A DNA stretch of 64,000 nucleotides from the human T2T-CHM13v2.0 reference genome, Homo sapiens (GCF_009914755.1 NC_060930.1), one strand, 5' to 3'. Shown: positions 16,728 to 35,579, counted from the stretch's first letter. The notes: a model not told the origin generated them from the letters alone. Translations and numbers: made by a program.

Positions 16728-17526
16728 ATGTGAATATTGACATCACATTAAAAAATAATAACAAACTTTAGCCTTGTGGCCTTTTTTTGGCACATGTTTT
16801 CCGCTAGTTCTCATGCATCATCCCTATTCTCTCTCTTCTCTGTCTTTTCTTCATCCAGGAACAGAGAAAGAGGACTTAGAAGGAACTCAACCCAGTACTT
16901 CCTAGGATTGGAAGGAAGCTGCCTTATTTCATGTATAAGTGGCACCAGCTTGACTGTAGGAAGAGAGATAGCGTGAAGCCTTTCACATCTAAACTAGAAA
17001 GCTTTTAAACGTGGTAGTTTGTTGAGTTATTCTCTCTCTGTGGAATGAATGATGTAGAGATGGTGAGAAATCAGAGTGGGTGATTTTAGACATTTCCCTT
17101 TACCCTACTTCATTCCTGCTCTGTACAGAGCCTTGTTTCTGTTCTTCACCTTATTTCTTTGAGCAAGAGTAAAGCCTCTGATTATGAAAATACACTGTGC
17201 ATAAATAGCCAGAAAACACATTTTCTTGCAATGAAAGATTTGTTTTATGGAAAATCTCATAAACACCATCAAGGAAGGTTTTGGAAGAAGGTCAAATGTC
17301 CTTCAAAATGCTATTACCCCATCACCATTCACATCTTAGTGTGACTGACATCCGTTCTCAGCTCTGGTGGGGAGAGGTGGACAGAGACAGCAGCACTGTC
17401 CCCTGTGGCCCAGGGTTGCCTGTGGGGACGCCCACCCAAGAAGCAGGCTGGAGAGAAGTGCCAAGGGGTTAACCATTGCCTGGATGATATTTTGTCAGGA
17501 ATCTAATGTTTTTCTCTCTCCTGTAG

Positions 17527-17661
<135 letters not shown>

Positions 17662-17751
17662 TAGCCAATATGAGGCAGGCATAGAGCATGCCTGGGGCAG
17701 CAGTGTGCTTTGCAATCTCAGGCAGAAAGAGTGAGGATCTGGTTAGGAACC

Positions 17752-17813
17752 TGTATTAGTCCATTTTGACATTGCTACAAGGAACTACCTGAGACTGGGT
17801 AATTTATGAAGAA
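17752..17813 (-). mobile_element. MST LTR end fragment (part of a local duplication)
   Basis: tgtattagtccatt..tacctgagactgggtaattta. Confidence 0.85.
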
Positions 17814-17936
17814 GCATCAGAATAACTTCTTGGCCAACCAAAAAAAAAAATTTTTAAGTGTATTCATAGCTTCTTTAATATAAGTTATGTCTTGGCTTAA
17901 TTGACCCGAGTAGAAACTTAGAAAGTCAATGTCTGA

Positions 17937-18282
<346 letters not shown>

Positions 18283-18689
18283 TTATTTTCTGTGTTCCCT
18301 TAATCTCTCATAATCATTGAGTTGTGGATTTTTTGGTTTGCTTTTTTATTGTTGTTTGTTTGTTTCCAAGCAAAATACAATAAATGCCAAGACTTTCCAG
18401 GAAAGCATTTGCCAAAGGCAAGTCAATAAACACACAGCATGTTAGTTGGTGGTAAGGTCTGGAGAAGAAAAATCAGAGGTCATGAGGGGCAGAGTGATGT
18501 GGGGTATGTGTGTCTGTGCCTGCCCGCCTGTTAAAGCAGTACCAGCACAGAGCTGAGTAAACCAAGGGGGTGAGCCATGCACGTGTCTTGAAGAACATTT
18601 GGACAGAGGGTTACCTTTAGTGCAGGGGCCTTGGGCAGCAAGGTGTTTTGCAATTTCAGACAGCAAGAGCGAGGATCTGGTTAGGAACC

Positions 18690-19070
18690 TGTATTAGTTT
18701 GTTCTCGCATTGCCGTAAGGAACTACCTGAGACTGGGTAATTTAAGAAGAAAATTGGTTTAATTGGCTCACAGTTCTGCAGGCTGTACAGGAAGCATGGC
18801 TGGGGAGGCCTCAGGAAACTTATCATGGTGGAAGGCGAAGGGGAAGCAGACAAGTCTTCACATGGCAGAACAGGAGAGAGAGGGCGAAGGAGGAAGTGCT
18901 ACACACTTTTAAACAACTAGATCTCATGAGGACTCACTCACAATCATGAGAACAGCAAGGGGGAAATTCACTCCCAGAATCCAGTCACCTCTCCCCAGGC
19001 CCCTCCTCCAACATTGAAGGTTATAATTCGACATGAGATGTGGGTGGGGACACAGAGCCAAACCATATCA
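18690..19070 (-). mobile_element. MSTA-like MaLR solo LTR
   Basis: TG..CA termini (tgtattag..ccatatca), 5-bp TSD GAACC at 18685-18689 and 19071-19075, MST/THE1-like body. Confidence 0.92.
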
Positions 19071-19098
19071 GAACCAATATGACAGAAATGGGGGGATT

Positions 19099-19406
19099 GG
19101 CCAGGCACGGTGGCTCAAGCCTGTAATCCCAGCACTTTGGGAGGCCAAGGCGGGCAGATCCCTTGAGGTCAGGAACCTCGAGACCAGCCTGGCCAACATA
19201 GTGAATCCCATGTCTACTAAAAATACAAAATAAATTAGCTGGGCATGGTGGCACGTGCCTGAAATCCCAGCTCCTTGGGAGGCTGAGGCAGGAGAATCAC
19301 TTGAACAGGAGGCGAAGATTACAGTGAACTGAGATTGCACCACTGCACTCCAGCCTGGGCGACAGAGTGAGCCTCTTATCTTTTAAAAAAAGGGAATAGA
19401 AAAAAA
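19099..19406 (+). mobile_element. Alu (AluS)
   Basis: TSD aaatgggggga on both sides. Confidence 0.94.
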
Positions 19407-19539
19407 TGGGGGGACCATTTCTGAAGGTGCCCAGTGAGGATGCAGACTGCAGGTGTCCCCTGAGCTGAGGAAGGGAGGACTGAACGCCTTTGAACAGGTG
19501 TCTGCAGCCCCGGGGGAGGGGTGCAGGATGCACAGGTGC

Positions 19540-20897
19540 CAAGGCCACACCCTTCTGCGGCAGGTTGTCCTTCCCGTCTTTCCTCTCCCCTGATCATTCT
19601 GCCAGCATGCACGTATCCTCAGAGGTAGGCCATCTTAAAAAGCAAACAAAAACATTTCAAAAACCTCCTGCCCCCACCTGCATCCTCATCTAGCTTCTGC
19701 CCAGCTCTTGTCTGTCACTGGGGTCTCCATGTTAACTGACCTCGGGTTCCACCTCTCCTGACTGCCCTTGTCCAGGTCACTTTTCCCTTGGAGACACCAA
19801 GTCTTTGTTGCTGTGCCCTCCTCAGAGAAGCTCAGCAGAGTTTGACACAGCTGCCCTTGTCTTCCTTCAGGAGCACCTGGTTCCTCTGGCGTCTGGGGTC
19901 CCCCCCTCCCCAGGCCTGCTCGCTGCTCCTCCTCCGCTTTGCTGGCTTCTCTGATGACCCCTCACCTTTTTTGCCCCGTTCTCCTCCAGAATTAGCCAGG
20001 TGATGACTCCCAAACTCTTGTTTGGAATATCATGCACCTGGAATTTCAGACTTGCAGGTATAGTTACCAGGAGCCACGTGGGTGGGGAAAAGCCATTTCA
20101 AACTGATACATAAACCAGGACCCACCTCCTACCTACTTCCTTCCAGCTCGCTGCTTCCCTGAAACCTTCCCAGTCATTCAAGGCAGAAACCCGAGGATGA
20201 TCCTAGAGGCCTGTTTTCCCTTCCCCTCTTCCTGTGTCCATCCCTGCAGAGTTGTCCTTGGTTACATGACTCTGCCCTGTCCACGATGCTCAATGCCTCC
20301 CTCCTTCCTGCTTTAGCTGCCAGCACGCCCCACCTGCACGAGTGCAGCAGCCTCCCAACCAGTCTCTCTGCTGCTACTCTTTTCTTCCAAAATACTCTCT
20401 CCTCAGCAGCCATAGAGACTGAAACCTAATGAAGCCCTGTTGCCTTCCTACTTAGAGTTCTTCCATGATTTACCCATGTTTCCACCCCGGTCTGAAAAGC
20501 CCTAGGGATCTGGCTCTCACCCCTTCCCGCTCCTTGTCCCTTATCCTCATCTCTCATCCTCTGGGGGACCTTTGCACGGCTAACACCACTACCTGGGCCA
20601 CTTCCTGATATTCTCATGTCCAGCTCCTTCGCCTCCCTCTGTTCTCATGTCATGTAAGCATCAGCTGCTCAGAGAAGCCACAGGAATGTGCAGCCCCCGT
20701 CCCTCTGCTGTCATTGCAGTACATGGCACAGAATGCTGAGAGCTTCCTATTTCCTTATCTGTTTTCTGTATTTCTCCTCCCACCGAGATGACAGCAAGAC
20801 CTTTTCCATCCTGTTCACCACCGTATCTCCAGCTTCTAGAAAGTGCCCGACACCTATTAGAGGTTCAGTAAAGACTTGTTGAATAATTAAGTGAATG
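19540..20897 (+). mobile_element. Long degenerate L2 remnant
   Basis: CT-rich body ending in an L2-type 3' end (gtatctccagc..gtgcccgacac..ttgttgaat..gaatg). Confidence 0.75.
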
Positions 20898-20993
20898 TTT
20901 ATTATTTTTACTACATTCTCCTAAAAATACACATTTATTAATAAATAACTGAATAAGAGAAAAAATACGAAGTGATGTGATATTCCTTCATAA

Positions 20994-21372
<379 letters not shown>

Positions 21373-21400
21373 AGGATAATCATTTTCTTGTTTTAAATAA

Positions 21401-21837
<437 letters not shown>

Positions 21838-21893
21838 GAGCACTTTTTAAAATATAATCTAAACCTGTTATTTCTGTGCTGCCTAATAAATCA

Positions 21894-22142
<249 letters not shown>

Positions 22143-22708
22143 TCAGACTACTTTACAAGGACACAAGAACTCCTCAACCTAAACAAAGTATGAAGGTACA
22201 TAGACAAGTTTCTTGTAAGTCGGAAAACAGAGAAATCCACAGTAACTATAATACATCCCTTAAAGAATAAGCATGCATTTGTAGGAAGCAAACAAAGCTT
22301 TCCATAGAGAAACCACTTCCACCAGATGATTATATGGACTTGGGTTTTGTTTCTGCATCTGTCACTTGGCAAATGAAGATACCATCTTCAGGATGTTCCG
22401 TGTCATCGATTTCATTTAAGGCATAGGCTGTTTTAAGATTACTTTAAAAGATATGGACCTTTTTACAAAATAAAACACTGCATTCACTTAAAATATTTGC
22501 AGACGTGAACTCTTGTACCCTGATCCTATGTTGTCACTCTGGGTTTTATGTATCTAATCATTGACTAGGAATCTATCTCAGCAGATAATCCAAAAATCTA
22601 GTTTGACTAGTTTGTAGATTATGCTTTCCCGCTCACATCTGAACACACCTGGTTGTTAGTCTGGTAGGAGGTCATCAAGGGCCACATCCTTACAGGTTGC
22701 CAGGAGAC

Positions 22709-22840
22709 CAGTAGTTCTTAATCCTGACTGCACTTGAGAAGCTCCTGGGAAGGTTTAAGAATATTGATTGATTGATGCCGGGCTCCCCATCAGACCCAGT
22801 GAACGTAATGTCTGAGGATAAGGCTTGGGTATCATGTATT
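22709..22840. mobile_element. MER5-like hAT relic
   Basis: cagtagttcttaatcctgactgcact..cctgggaagg. Confidence 0.65.
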
Positions 22841-22939
22841 GCCAGACTGAGGAAGACTTAAGACAAGAAAACAGTGAGAGCTGTTAACATTTTCCCACAG
22901 GTTAGCCGTGTGTGGTGTTGATGGAAACTTCACATGCGA

Positions 22940-23050
22940 GAGCACACTGTCCAATATGGCGGCCACTGGACATGTGGCCATTTCAATCTAAATTACCTAA
23001 ACTTCAATAAAATTTGGAATTCAGTTCTTCAGTCATTTTAGCCACATTTC
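22940..23050. mobile_element. MER3/MER33-like hAT relic
   Basis: ctgtccaatatggcggccact..aattcagttcttcagtca..tagccacatttc. Confidence 0.7.
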
Positions 23051-23732
23051 CATTTATGCATTTATTTGTTTATATTTTACTGTTCATATTTAAGTGCTTA
23101 GAACTCTGGTAAACTAACAATTACTTGAAATTACTTGAAATATTAATCTTATGAAATGTTTGAAAGGGCCATTATGGAGAATATTCATAGCAAGATAGTT
23201 CCTGCCTTATTTTCCTGAGTGTTCTGCATGTAAAATAAAACCCAGAACTCAAGATAAATGTGTGTATGCCTTTGAGTTAGTCATAGAATTTTTTAAGCAA
23301 CATGTTTAATTTGATGTACTGTATCTTATAGCTATATCCATGTTTGAGTGTGCAAGTGTGTGTGTACCTGTGTTTGGAAATCTAACAATGACATTCCAAT
23401 ATTTTTTTCTCACCAACTCCATACTGGGAGTTTTAAAACCAGAGCCCTAATCTTGACTTAATTATTAATTTCCTCCATGGCCCTGAAGAATTCCCTTAGC
23501 CTCTCTGGGCCTTAAATTTCTGGATAAAGAAGTTGGCTGCTTCGTGCTCTCAACATTATCTGATTCTGTGATTTCTAGCTAAAGCTACATTTATACAAAA
23601 ATATAAAGTGCTTTTGCAAAGTAAAGAGTAGAATAGTGGTTATCAGAGGCAGTGGGGGATGGAGAAGTTGACCAAATAATACAAAATTCCAGTTAGACAC
23701 CACCTGTGTATTCATAAACATGTGTCCCTAGG

Positions 23733-24054
<322 letters not shown>

Positions 24055-24502
24055 AATTGTAATGATTTTTATGGTTACCTTTTCTTGAATGGAATCATTT
24101 CTTAATTAAAAAAATAAATATACCTTTTATACCATCAGGGTTTAATTTCATTCTTTTAAAAAAATATAGTGCATGGCAACATAAAATAAGGTAAATAATT
24201 TATTTCATGGTCATTGAGGCAACTAACAAAATGGTTTAACAATATTTTGGAAGGAAGTGACTGTATTCTCACAGTTTTGTCTCTCAGGTTCAGCATTAAA
24301 TGTAGAATAACATTTTTCTAGAATCCGGAGGGAATTTGGTCCTTTGATTGAGTCAGGGTGTTTTGACTGTCTTTGAAATATTTTATGCATTAAATATGCA
24401 GTATTCATAAAAGCTTTCCTACCCCATTTGCCCCAAATTGATCTTGGTTTCCATGCTTCTGTTTGTCTTTTGGGATTTTGATTTGCTTTTTCACTTCTCT
24501 AG

Positions 24503-24614
24503 GGGACACCTGTGTTCGTGCATGCGGGCCCTTTTGCTAACATTGCTCACGGCAACTCTTCAGTGTTGGCTGATAAAATTGCCCTGAAACTGGTTGGTGA
24601 AGAAGGATTTGTAG
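24503..24614 (+). CDS. MTHFD1L: MTHFD1L coding exon E (112 nt, phase 0 to 1): [37 protein letters not shown]
   Basis: ttttcacttctctag acceptor, TAG|gtaagt donor; [11 protein letters not shown] motif. Confidence 0.97.
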
Positions 24615-24799
24615 GTAAGTTATTTCTTTTAAATTTAGTTGTTGTAGAATATTGAAGAAATCTAAAAGCTGATGACTGGAATGGAGTGATATCCATACTG
24701 ACATGAAACATATTCTTTCAGGCACCCTCTTTCATAGAGGGTCTCAATAATGGAAAAGCCCTAAGGTCTGGTCTATACTCGTGAAATTATGCTTGTGCT

Positions 24800-25240
24800 T
24801 GAATCATAGAGTCTGGTATCAAGTACATATGGGTTTGAGTATAAACTCTGACTCTTGCAAACTGAGTGACATTGGACACATTTTAATTACTACTGAGCTT
24901 CGGTTTTCTTGTGTGTAAAATAGTGATAACAATACTGTATCAAACCTTTTAGGGTTGTTATGAAAACTGAATGAGATATTTTAGTCATTCAGCAAATGTT
25001 TTTTGAGAACCTACCACTTAGAAGGCATGTTAGCTAGGGATCCAGTGGTAAGCAAAACAGATAGGCGCAGTGGCACATGCCTCGCTACTCAGGAAGCCGA
25101 GGCAGGAGGATTGCTCGAGCCCAGGAGTTTGTGTCCAGCCTGGGCAGCATAGAAGACCCTGCCTCTGTGAAAAAATTAAAATTAAAACAACCAGCCTTAG
25201 CCCCTGCTCCTGTGGAGCGTACTGTCTAATGGTAATTGAA
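24800..25240. mobile_element. MIR followed by L2 fragment
   Basis: tgagtgacattggaca..ctgagcttcggttttctt; cattcagcaaatgttttttgagaacctac. Confidence 0.65.
25063..25187 (+). mobile_element. FLAM (Alu monomer)
   Basis: ggcgcagtggcacatgcc..ggattgctcgagcccaggag..A-rich tail. Confidence 0.88.
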
Positions 25241-26259
25241 TAAGAGAAAGTGCTCATTGACTGTCAGCCATTACTACCCTTACTATGTAGTACTGATAAC
25301 TTGAAGTCGTGGGTTTATTTCCATGTACAGTTTCTCCTTGTTTTTTGTGAGCTAATATAGGAGAGATTCCCAACCAGTAGACTTAGAAATGTTAATTGGT
25401 AGTACTGCACACCTTTTGCTGCTGTCAAGTTCTTTGCAGAACCTGTTCCTCTTTGGCTTTTCTTGCATATTCCAGCTAGAAAGAAGGGGCAACTCTCATA
25501 GAGTTTACTAAGTCAGTGCCAGCCCCAGTCTCACCCACAATACTAAGGCAGCAAGGAAACAAAAGACAAAACCAAAACACAGGCATTCATGGAGGAGTCC
25601 CTTAATCTGACATATGAGGGACTGCATTGGCAGATTTCCCATGCTAACAAGTAATTCCCATTAACCACACGTATACCTATAATCGGAGACAGCAATCTCT
25701 TCTTTCACTCTTATCATCAGCTTTGGATCAAACTCAAAAGAGTTATTTTATTAGAAGAGAGTGTGCTGGACAAAAGAACTTGGCACTGCATTTTATGCTC
25801 AGACATCACAAAGTTCATTCAGTGTTATTGAGACTCTTTTAAGAATTCCTTGTGGACTGGCAGTCAGGATCAGATGAGGCTTGGTGGAGCTCCACTCCTC
25901 CATGATCTGTTTTCTGCAGCTCTCATGTACTTTGCTCCTTCGGTAGCAAATCCACTGCAAGAGTGGCTAGACATGCTGTCTAAGTGGATTTGCTCAATTG
26001 ATCGCTGCCTAATTGTAGAGCTAATGGACGAGGAGGCTGGGTCAGGGCGGGCACTGGAAAGTTGGGTGCTTAAGTGAAGTGGTGGTTCTGATGCATCAGC
26101 TCTGCAAATAAAGTAGCTTCTAGAAGGAAGCACTCTATTTTATGCTGACAGAGATCTCTGCCCGTACCAGTTCTTACTTTGTCAAACACATATTTATAAA
26201 ATACATGTTATCATGGCAGAATACTTTCAAAGATATAAACTGATGATGTATGCAAAGCA

Positions 26260-26900
26260 AACGAGCCCTCTGTGTGACCTTGAACAAGCCATTAGCCTCT
26301 CTGGGTGTGTCCCCTGTAGACATTCTCATCTGAAAAATGAGAAGTTGGACCAGATGAGGAGTTGGATGTGGATGTGTAGCCATGGACTCAGAGTTAGACA
26401 CTGTGGAATTGGAGCCCTGACTGGTAGTGTGTTTTCATTTCTCTAGGGCTCAATTTTTTATTTAATAAAAAGAATACTTCTGTATTTTAATGAATAGGAT
26501 CAAGTGAGAAACTGCTTTGTAAAATATGAACTATGTTCAGGTCAGCAATTATGCTAATTCTTTCTATGATCTCATCTAGTCTAAGATGCCGTAAGTGGGG
26601 GGGTTTTTCATGAGGATGAAATCTGTCCGTTGCCAGATGGTTCAAAGGGCAAGCCCTAAGTCAGAGGTTTTACCTCAACTGCTTTCAAATCACAGATAAC
26701 CTTGGGCACATGAACCCTTCTCTTCCTTGGTTTCCCTACCTGTAAAATAGGGCTTTGGATAGGGCTTCCCTCTCGAAAGGACTTGGTAGGTTTGAAATGA
26801 GGCATCAATGAGATCATGGGGTTGAGTCCTGGCACCTGACCCATGGTAAGACTCAATCCTTCTTGGCCACTCCTGGCTGTCATTGTTACCCCCACTATTG
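26260..26900. mobile_element. Cluster of MIR fragments
   Basis: tgtgaccttgaacaag..ttctcatctgaaaaatgag; taaccttgggca..tttccctacctgtaaaatagg. Confidence 0.7.
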
Positions 26901-26959
26901 ATACACTACTGATGAAGGTTACATTTTCTTTTTTCTTTGGATCTTTTTATTTTTTGGAT

Positions 26960-27740
<781 letters not shown>

Positions 27741-28506
27741 TTTTAATGTCTAAAAATCGTGCTCTATGATGTCTAAATATGTGATGGCAATGACTTATAT
27801 TCACAAATACGTACCACGGAACTCTAGCCCTGTAATGTTGAACTCTCCCGAAGGTGGTGTGTCCATGCTGTGGCTCTGTTGGAATGCTGGTGGCAAAGCC
27901 AGTGTATTGCACAGTGGGAACGGGGTGTGGTCAGGAGACAGTGTTCTTTGCCCATTGCTTGGTCAAGCCTGCACTGTGGGGCTCGTTCATTCCTTGCCCT
28001 TGGATGAAGTTTATAATAGTTCCCTCTCATTCTCAGTTAATATCTAGTCCCTCTAACACATATATTTTTTAATTCCTCTGGTCACTTTCAATCATAAGAA
28101 TAGCCCCTAAAATTAAAAATGCATATCCAGTTGTATATCAAAACCAAAAACTCCAAATGTCACTCAGATTTGAGCTCCTCTCCTCCCCTGTCTGGGCCTC
28201 CTCTGGCTGACAGTGGGAAGGGGAAGGTGGCTGCTTGCTTCTCTGCCACCCTTGTCTTGCACTTAGGCTCGCCCTGGCCCCTCCTAGGTTGAAGCTTTGG
28301 CATGAAATGGTGCCCATGTAGCCTCTACCAGCAGACGTCCTCACACTTTTGGCAGAAGCTCCCTGAGCAGTACCTCATTTAGACTTTCCTACCTCTGATT
28401 CCACACCTGGTCTCGGGTACCACAGACCTCTGACCTCTGGCTGGGGACATGCCCTGAGCCTTGCCAACTGGTCTTCTGGTCCTCACTTGTGGCTTAAGGG
28501 GGAAGC

Positions 28507-28764
28507 GGGGACGCCAAGGCGGGTGGATCACCTGAGGTCAGGTGTTCAAAACCAGCCTGGCCAACATGGTGAAACCCCGTCTCTACTAAAAATACAAAAA
28601 AATTTAGCAGGGCTTGGTGGCGCATGATGTAATATCAGCTACTCAGGAGGCTGAGGCAGGAGAATCGCTTGAACCCCAGGAGGCAGAGGTTGCAGTAAGC
28701 TGAGATCACACCATTGCACTCCAGCCTAGGCAACAGAGACAGACTCTGTCTCAAAAAATAAAAA
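28507..28764 (+). mobile_element. 5'-truncated AluS
   Basis: TSD taagggggaagc at 28495-28506 and 28765-28776. Confidence 0.95.
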
Positions 28765-29119
28765 TAAGGGGGAAGCAGCTTCGCATGCTCTTCACTGGGA
28801 GCTGGGAGGGGAGCTGGATGTGGCACACTGATAACTTTCTTTGAAGAAATTCTTTCCCAGGTTCTAACCCGTCAACCCTTTTGAAGCCTGAATGGGCTAA
28901 GGCATACAAAATCTATTTCAAACTGCTTTGCAAACCCTCCCAGGTCAGCCAGCACCATCCTTTGGCATGTGAGCAAACTGACACCAATTTGAGGCCCGAA
29001 ACAAAAGTGAGACAAAAAGACGTTCATTTCAACATCCTTCTACAGAAGTTAAATAGAGTAGGCACATCTGAGGTGTATCTGAAGTCTGAGCAGGAATTCA
29101 TGTTCTTCAAAAAGTTGTC

Positions 29120-29720
29120 GTTTATAGTAGACTATCTTTATGACCTCATAATAGGGAAGGATCTCTTAAAATATGAAAAGCTCAAACCATAGAGAAAAAT
29201 GTCGATAATTTGGCCTGCATTAAGAAGTAAACTGTATGTGATAAAAGATACAAGGATAAAAAACAAGTGACAGATTGGAAAGAAACGTTTGCAAAGATAG
29301 TAGACAATGATTAGCATTGAGAATATGTAAAACACTAAAGACTAAAGACTGATAAGAGAAAGACAAATAATCCAATACAAAAATAGTCAGAGAATTTGAA
29401 AAGGTGATTCGCAGCAAATGAGCAATTTGGTGGAATTTCTAGGTAGAACTGAAAATGAACAAATGATTTAGCAATTTCACTTCTATGTATACTCTGGAAA
29501 AGAAGTAGTCAAAAATATATTTAAGTCCTTTGAAATAATTGACTTCAGTACCCCTTTAATGAGCATTTATTAAGCTTCTGCTATATGTCAAGTACTATCT
29601 GCTAGGAGCTGGGAATCAAAGATGAATAAGACAGGTTTCTTGCCCTCCAGTAATTGATGATGTGCTGTGAGAGACAAGAACTTCAATGGTAAGTACAATG
29701 CACTTGATTAAGTACTATAT
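29120..29720. mobile_element. Old L1ME fragment followed by L2 fragment
   Basis: A-rich L1-like acagattggaaagaa..caaataatccaataca; then gagcatttattaag..agatgaataagacagg. Confidence 0.6.
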
Positions 29721-30288
29721 TAGTTAAGGTTCTTAACTAAGAATTTTAAGGGATGATGGGCATCTCTTAGATAGAACTGTCTCCATATTACTGGTTTTGC
29801 TGATTTAGTCTAATTTTTGTTCTAACAAAAAGCACACACAAGGAAGGAATTATTTTGTCTATTCTGAATAATTAGTCTAAGATAATAGAATCAGTAGTCC
29901 ATTTAGACTTAAAACAGAGTGACATTTATTTTAAAAAAGCATGAATTTGCAAAACACTTTATGAGAATTTTTCAAAAACTGCTGTGATCACTGTTGTGGC
30001 TGTGTCTTCCGTTAGTCAGCAGTCCTCATGGGAGTTCACCTAACTTCCATTTACATGCTGTAAAGGCAAACAGATATTTGGCATCGAATTCTAATCATGT
30101 ATTACATTTAAAAAATAAAGCAAAAGGAAAGAAAGAAAGGAAGAAGCAGTATTGAGTTCCTGGATTTTAAAAACATTATTATCTCATCTTTAAACTATTT
30201 GTAGGAATTTCAAACTTACCCATTAACTTAGGATTTTTTAATTTGTTTTCTGCTCTCTCAGTTGGTTTTGATTCCAGTTTTCAGATAA

Positions 30289-30752
<464 letters not shown>

Positions 30753-31199
30753 ACCTTTTTTTTTTAACCTGGAGAAAATTACACAATTCTTGGATTCTCA
30801 CAGGGGACCATGACATAAGAGAGAGGAAGAACTGTTGGTGCATATCTCAAAGCCTAGCTCTACTTTCGACGGTAGCTTTCGATGTCCCATACACATTTGG
30901 CATTTATTATCCTTATCCAGAGGTGCTTGTCAAGAAGCTACCTAATTTATTGCAACTCTGCTGCTTGCTCTCTGTAGAGAATCACACAGACCTGGCTGTG
31001 TTCCCCAGGTGCTTCCTGGGTACATGAGCATAAACACTCATGCAGCAGAGGAGAAATATGAGACAAGTGCCCAATTAAAACACAGGGTGATCTTTGCCTC
31101 AGACATTTCAGGATTAGGATTTAGAAATCAGAATGAATCGACATAGCAGTTCCAAGACAAATTGAATGGGATTTGGAAACAAAGCCTTGTTAATATTTT

Positions 31200-31430
31200 C
31201 ATTAAAAACGCCCCTGTTTCTGAGCCATTCCTGAGCATTAGACCGGTGCTGAGACTATCATATACCTTCTCACTCAATCCTTAAAACCGTCTGTGGGATC
31301 AGTGTTACTATCCTCATCTTACAGATGATGTAACAGAAGCTTAGCAAGATGATGATACATGTCCACGATCAATCAGAGAGTAAGTGACAGAGGACGTGAC
31401 CTGAGGGCTCCTCCTCGCCAAAGCTTGTGG
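31200..31430. mobile_element. MIR
   Basis: tactatcctcatcttacagatgatgtaacagaagctt. Confidence 0.7.
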
Positions 31431-31512
31431 GTGATCAGGCGGCTATTGTGCTCAGTGTTTTTCTCAATGCTCTTGACCTGGTTGCCACCCTCTCCCATTA
31501 AAAAATAATTTT

Positions 31513-31837
<325 letters not shown>

Positions 31838-32053
31838 TCACAGTTACAGGAAGTACCAATATAACTATATTGTACCAATATATCGTAATGTGCGCCAACA
31901 GTGGTGGTCCTTTTTGGTCCTTTTTTTCTTTTCTGTGTTCTACTTTAACATTTCTTCCTCCCAAGTAGGTTACTGATTGAAGATGACCTTATCGAGTCCC
32001 ACTGTTTCCTTGCTCTACCTCTCAACCTGTATTTTTGGGGGACAGTTTTTTAA

Positions 32054-32454
<401 letters not shown>

Positions 32455-33150
32455 TGAAATTCTAAATATTCCATCATTTTGGTAGAAGAAAACCAGACCA
32501 AACTAAACATTCTCATGATTTCATCCACCTTTTAAAAAAAAAAAAAATCTGACGTCAAGTGATCCTGCAGCTCTAAGCTGTAATTCTCCCAGACCTTGCC
32601 CTGTTTACATTATTTAAAAACACTGATCTCAGCCTGGGCTCCACTTTTGTTATTATGATACTTCCAGGTTTTTTATCTTTAGTAAATTTATTCATAATTA
32701 AATCAAGGTTGAGAAGTGCTGGCTTATTAGAGACTCTGGCTGAAGGTCATGTGCGAACTCAGGAAACTGCTAATCACGGGTCGTGTTTTTCAGCCCCTGT
32801 CTTCAGGAAGGCTTAACTCTAAGGGAGGGTTGTTTTGTGTCATCTCCAGAGCTCTCATTTCTCCTGTGTGGCTTGGTGCCGAAGCTCATTCGTCCCCTCG
32901 CTGTCTGTTCGGCCCTTGTCCTACCTCCCCTTTCTCTTTCCACGCTTTTGTGTAAAGTAGCCCTCTTTCAAGCTGCTCCTCTGTCCTTTGAAAACAAATG
33001 AAAAAGCAAAATGTTCTTCATATACACTAAACAGGAAAGTATGCAAAGTAATGTTACAAACACCCATGTTCCCACCACTCTGTTTCATCAAAATCTTAAC
33101 ATGTCGCTGTGTGTCCTTTAGATTTTTTGTTTTTTTAAAGAGATACGTTT

Positions 33151-33300
33151 AGCTGGGCATGGTGGCGCATGCCTATAGTCCTAGCTACTTGGGAGTCTGA
33201 GGCAGGAGGATCAATTATGCCCAGCAGTTTAATTCTCCTGGGCAACAGAGTGAGACCCTGTCTCTAAAAAAAAAAAAAAAAGAAAGAAAGAAAAGAAAAG
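33151..33300 (+). mobile_element. FLAM with A/GAAA tail
   Basis: gctgggcatggtggcgcatgcctatagtcctagctac..gagaccctgtctct(A)n. Confidence 0.88.
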
Positions 33301-33460
33301 AGAGAAGAGAAGAAATCAGATATTAGAGACACAGTTGAAGTTCCCGTGGACCCTCCTGATCCCGTTCTTTTTTCTGCTTCTCTCCTGATTTGAGTGATTA
33401 TCGTTTCCGGGTGTGTGTTTCTACTTTGACCACACACATATATGTACACTAGAGATCTGT

Positions 33461-34029
33461 AGCGGAGGTTCTCAGACTTTCTCTGCTCGTGACCATTAAT
33501 GGCCCAGCAATTTTTTTCATGGTACCGCCCGGGCAAGAGAAATACCTAACATGTCCATTTATTAAATAGGTCCAAACAACTTAATGAGTATTTATGTCCT
33601 TACAACTAAGTGGCCACCTGAAAAAAAAATACATATGAATTCGAAGGAAAAAATAACATCATTTCATTTTTAAATTACCACCATATGTTATGAATGAGAT
33701 GTGTGTCCTTGTCAGGCACCAGACAACTTCTGACCCTTTGTAACCAGTTGACACCCGCACCTCATTTCCTGTTCCACGTTGATTTTCACACGATTTTTGC
33801 ATTTTGCTGCGGTACCTGCCAAAAACTTTGCTTTGCAAATATATGATGTCATGGAAAGGGATGTAGAGCACTATTGTTGAAGCAGTGAAAAACCTCACAT
33901 GAGTAGTATTTGCAGTGTCCAACGGATGTCCTGTATTACCGCGTTTCCGTCAAAAATTTAAAATACCCCACGGTGCCTCTGAGTTTGCTGCAATGCCTCA
34001 CGGCACCTCATTGCATATTAGAATCACAG
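33461..34029 (+). mobile_element. MER119-like hAT-Charlie DNA transposon relic
   Basis: aaatacctaaca..ggtccaaacaacttaat..ctcatttcctgttccac..aaaatttaaaatacccc matches MER119 as I recall it. Confidence 0.8.
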
Positions 34030-34109
34030 ATGTGCGGCTTTTCTTGGTATTTTTTATGTGTTTTCAAATTTTATATATTAATAGATATTAACTGACTGCA
34101 TTGTTCTCT

Positions 34110-34865
<756 letters not shown>

Positions 34866-34870
34866 TATAA

Positions 34871-35579
<709 letters not shown>

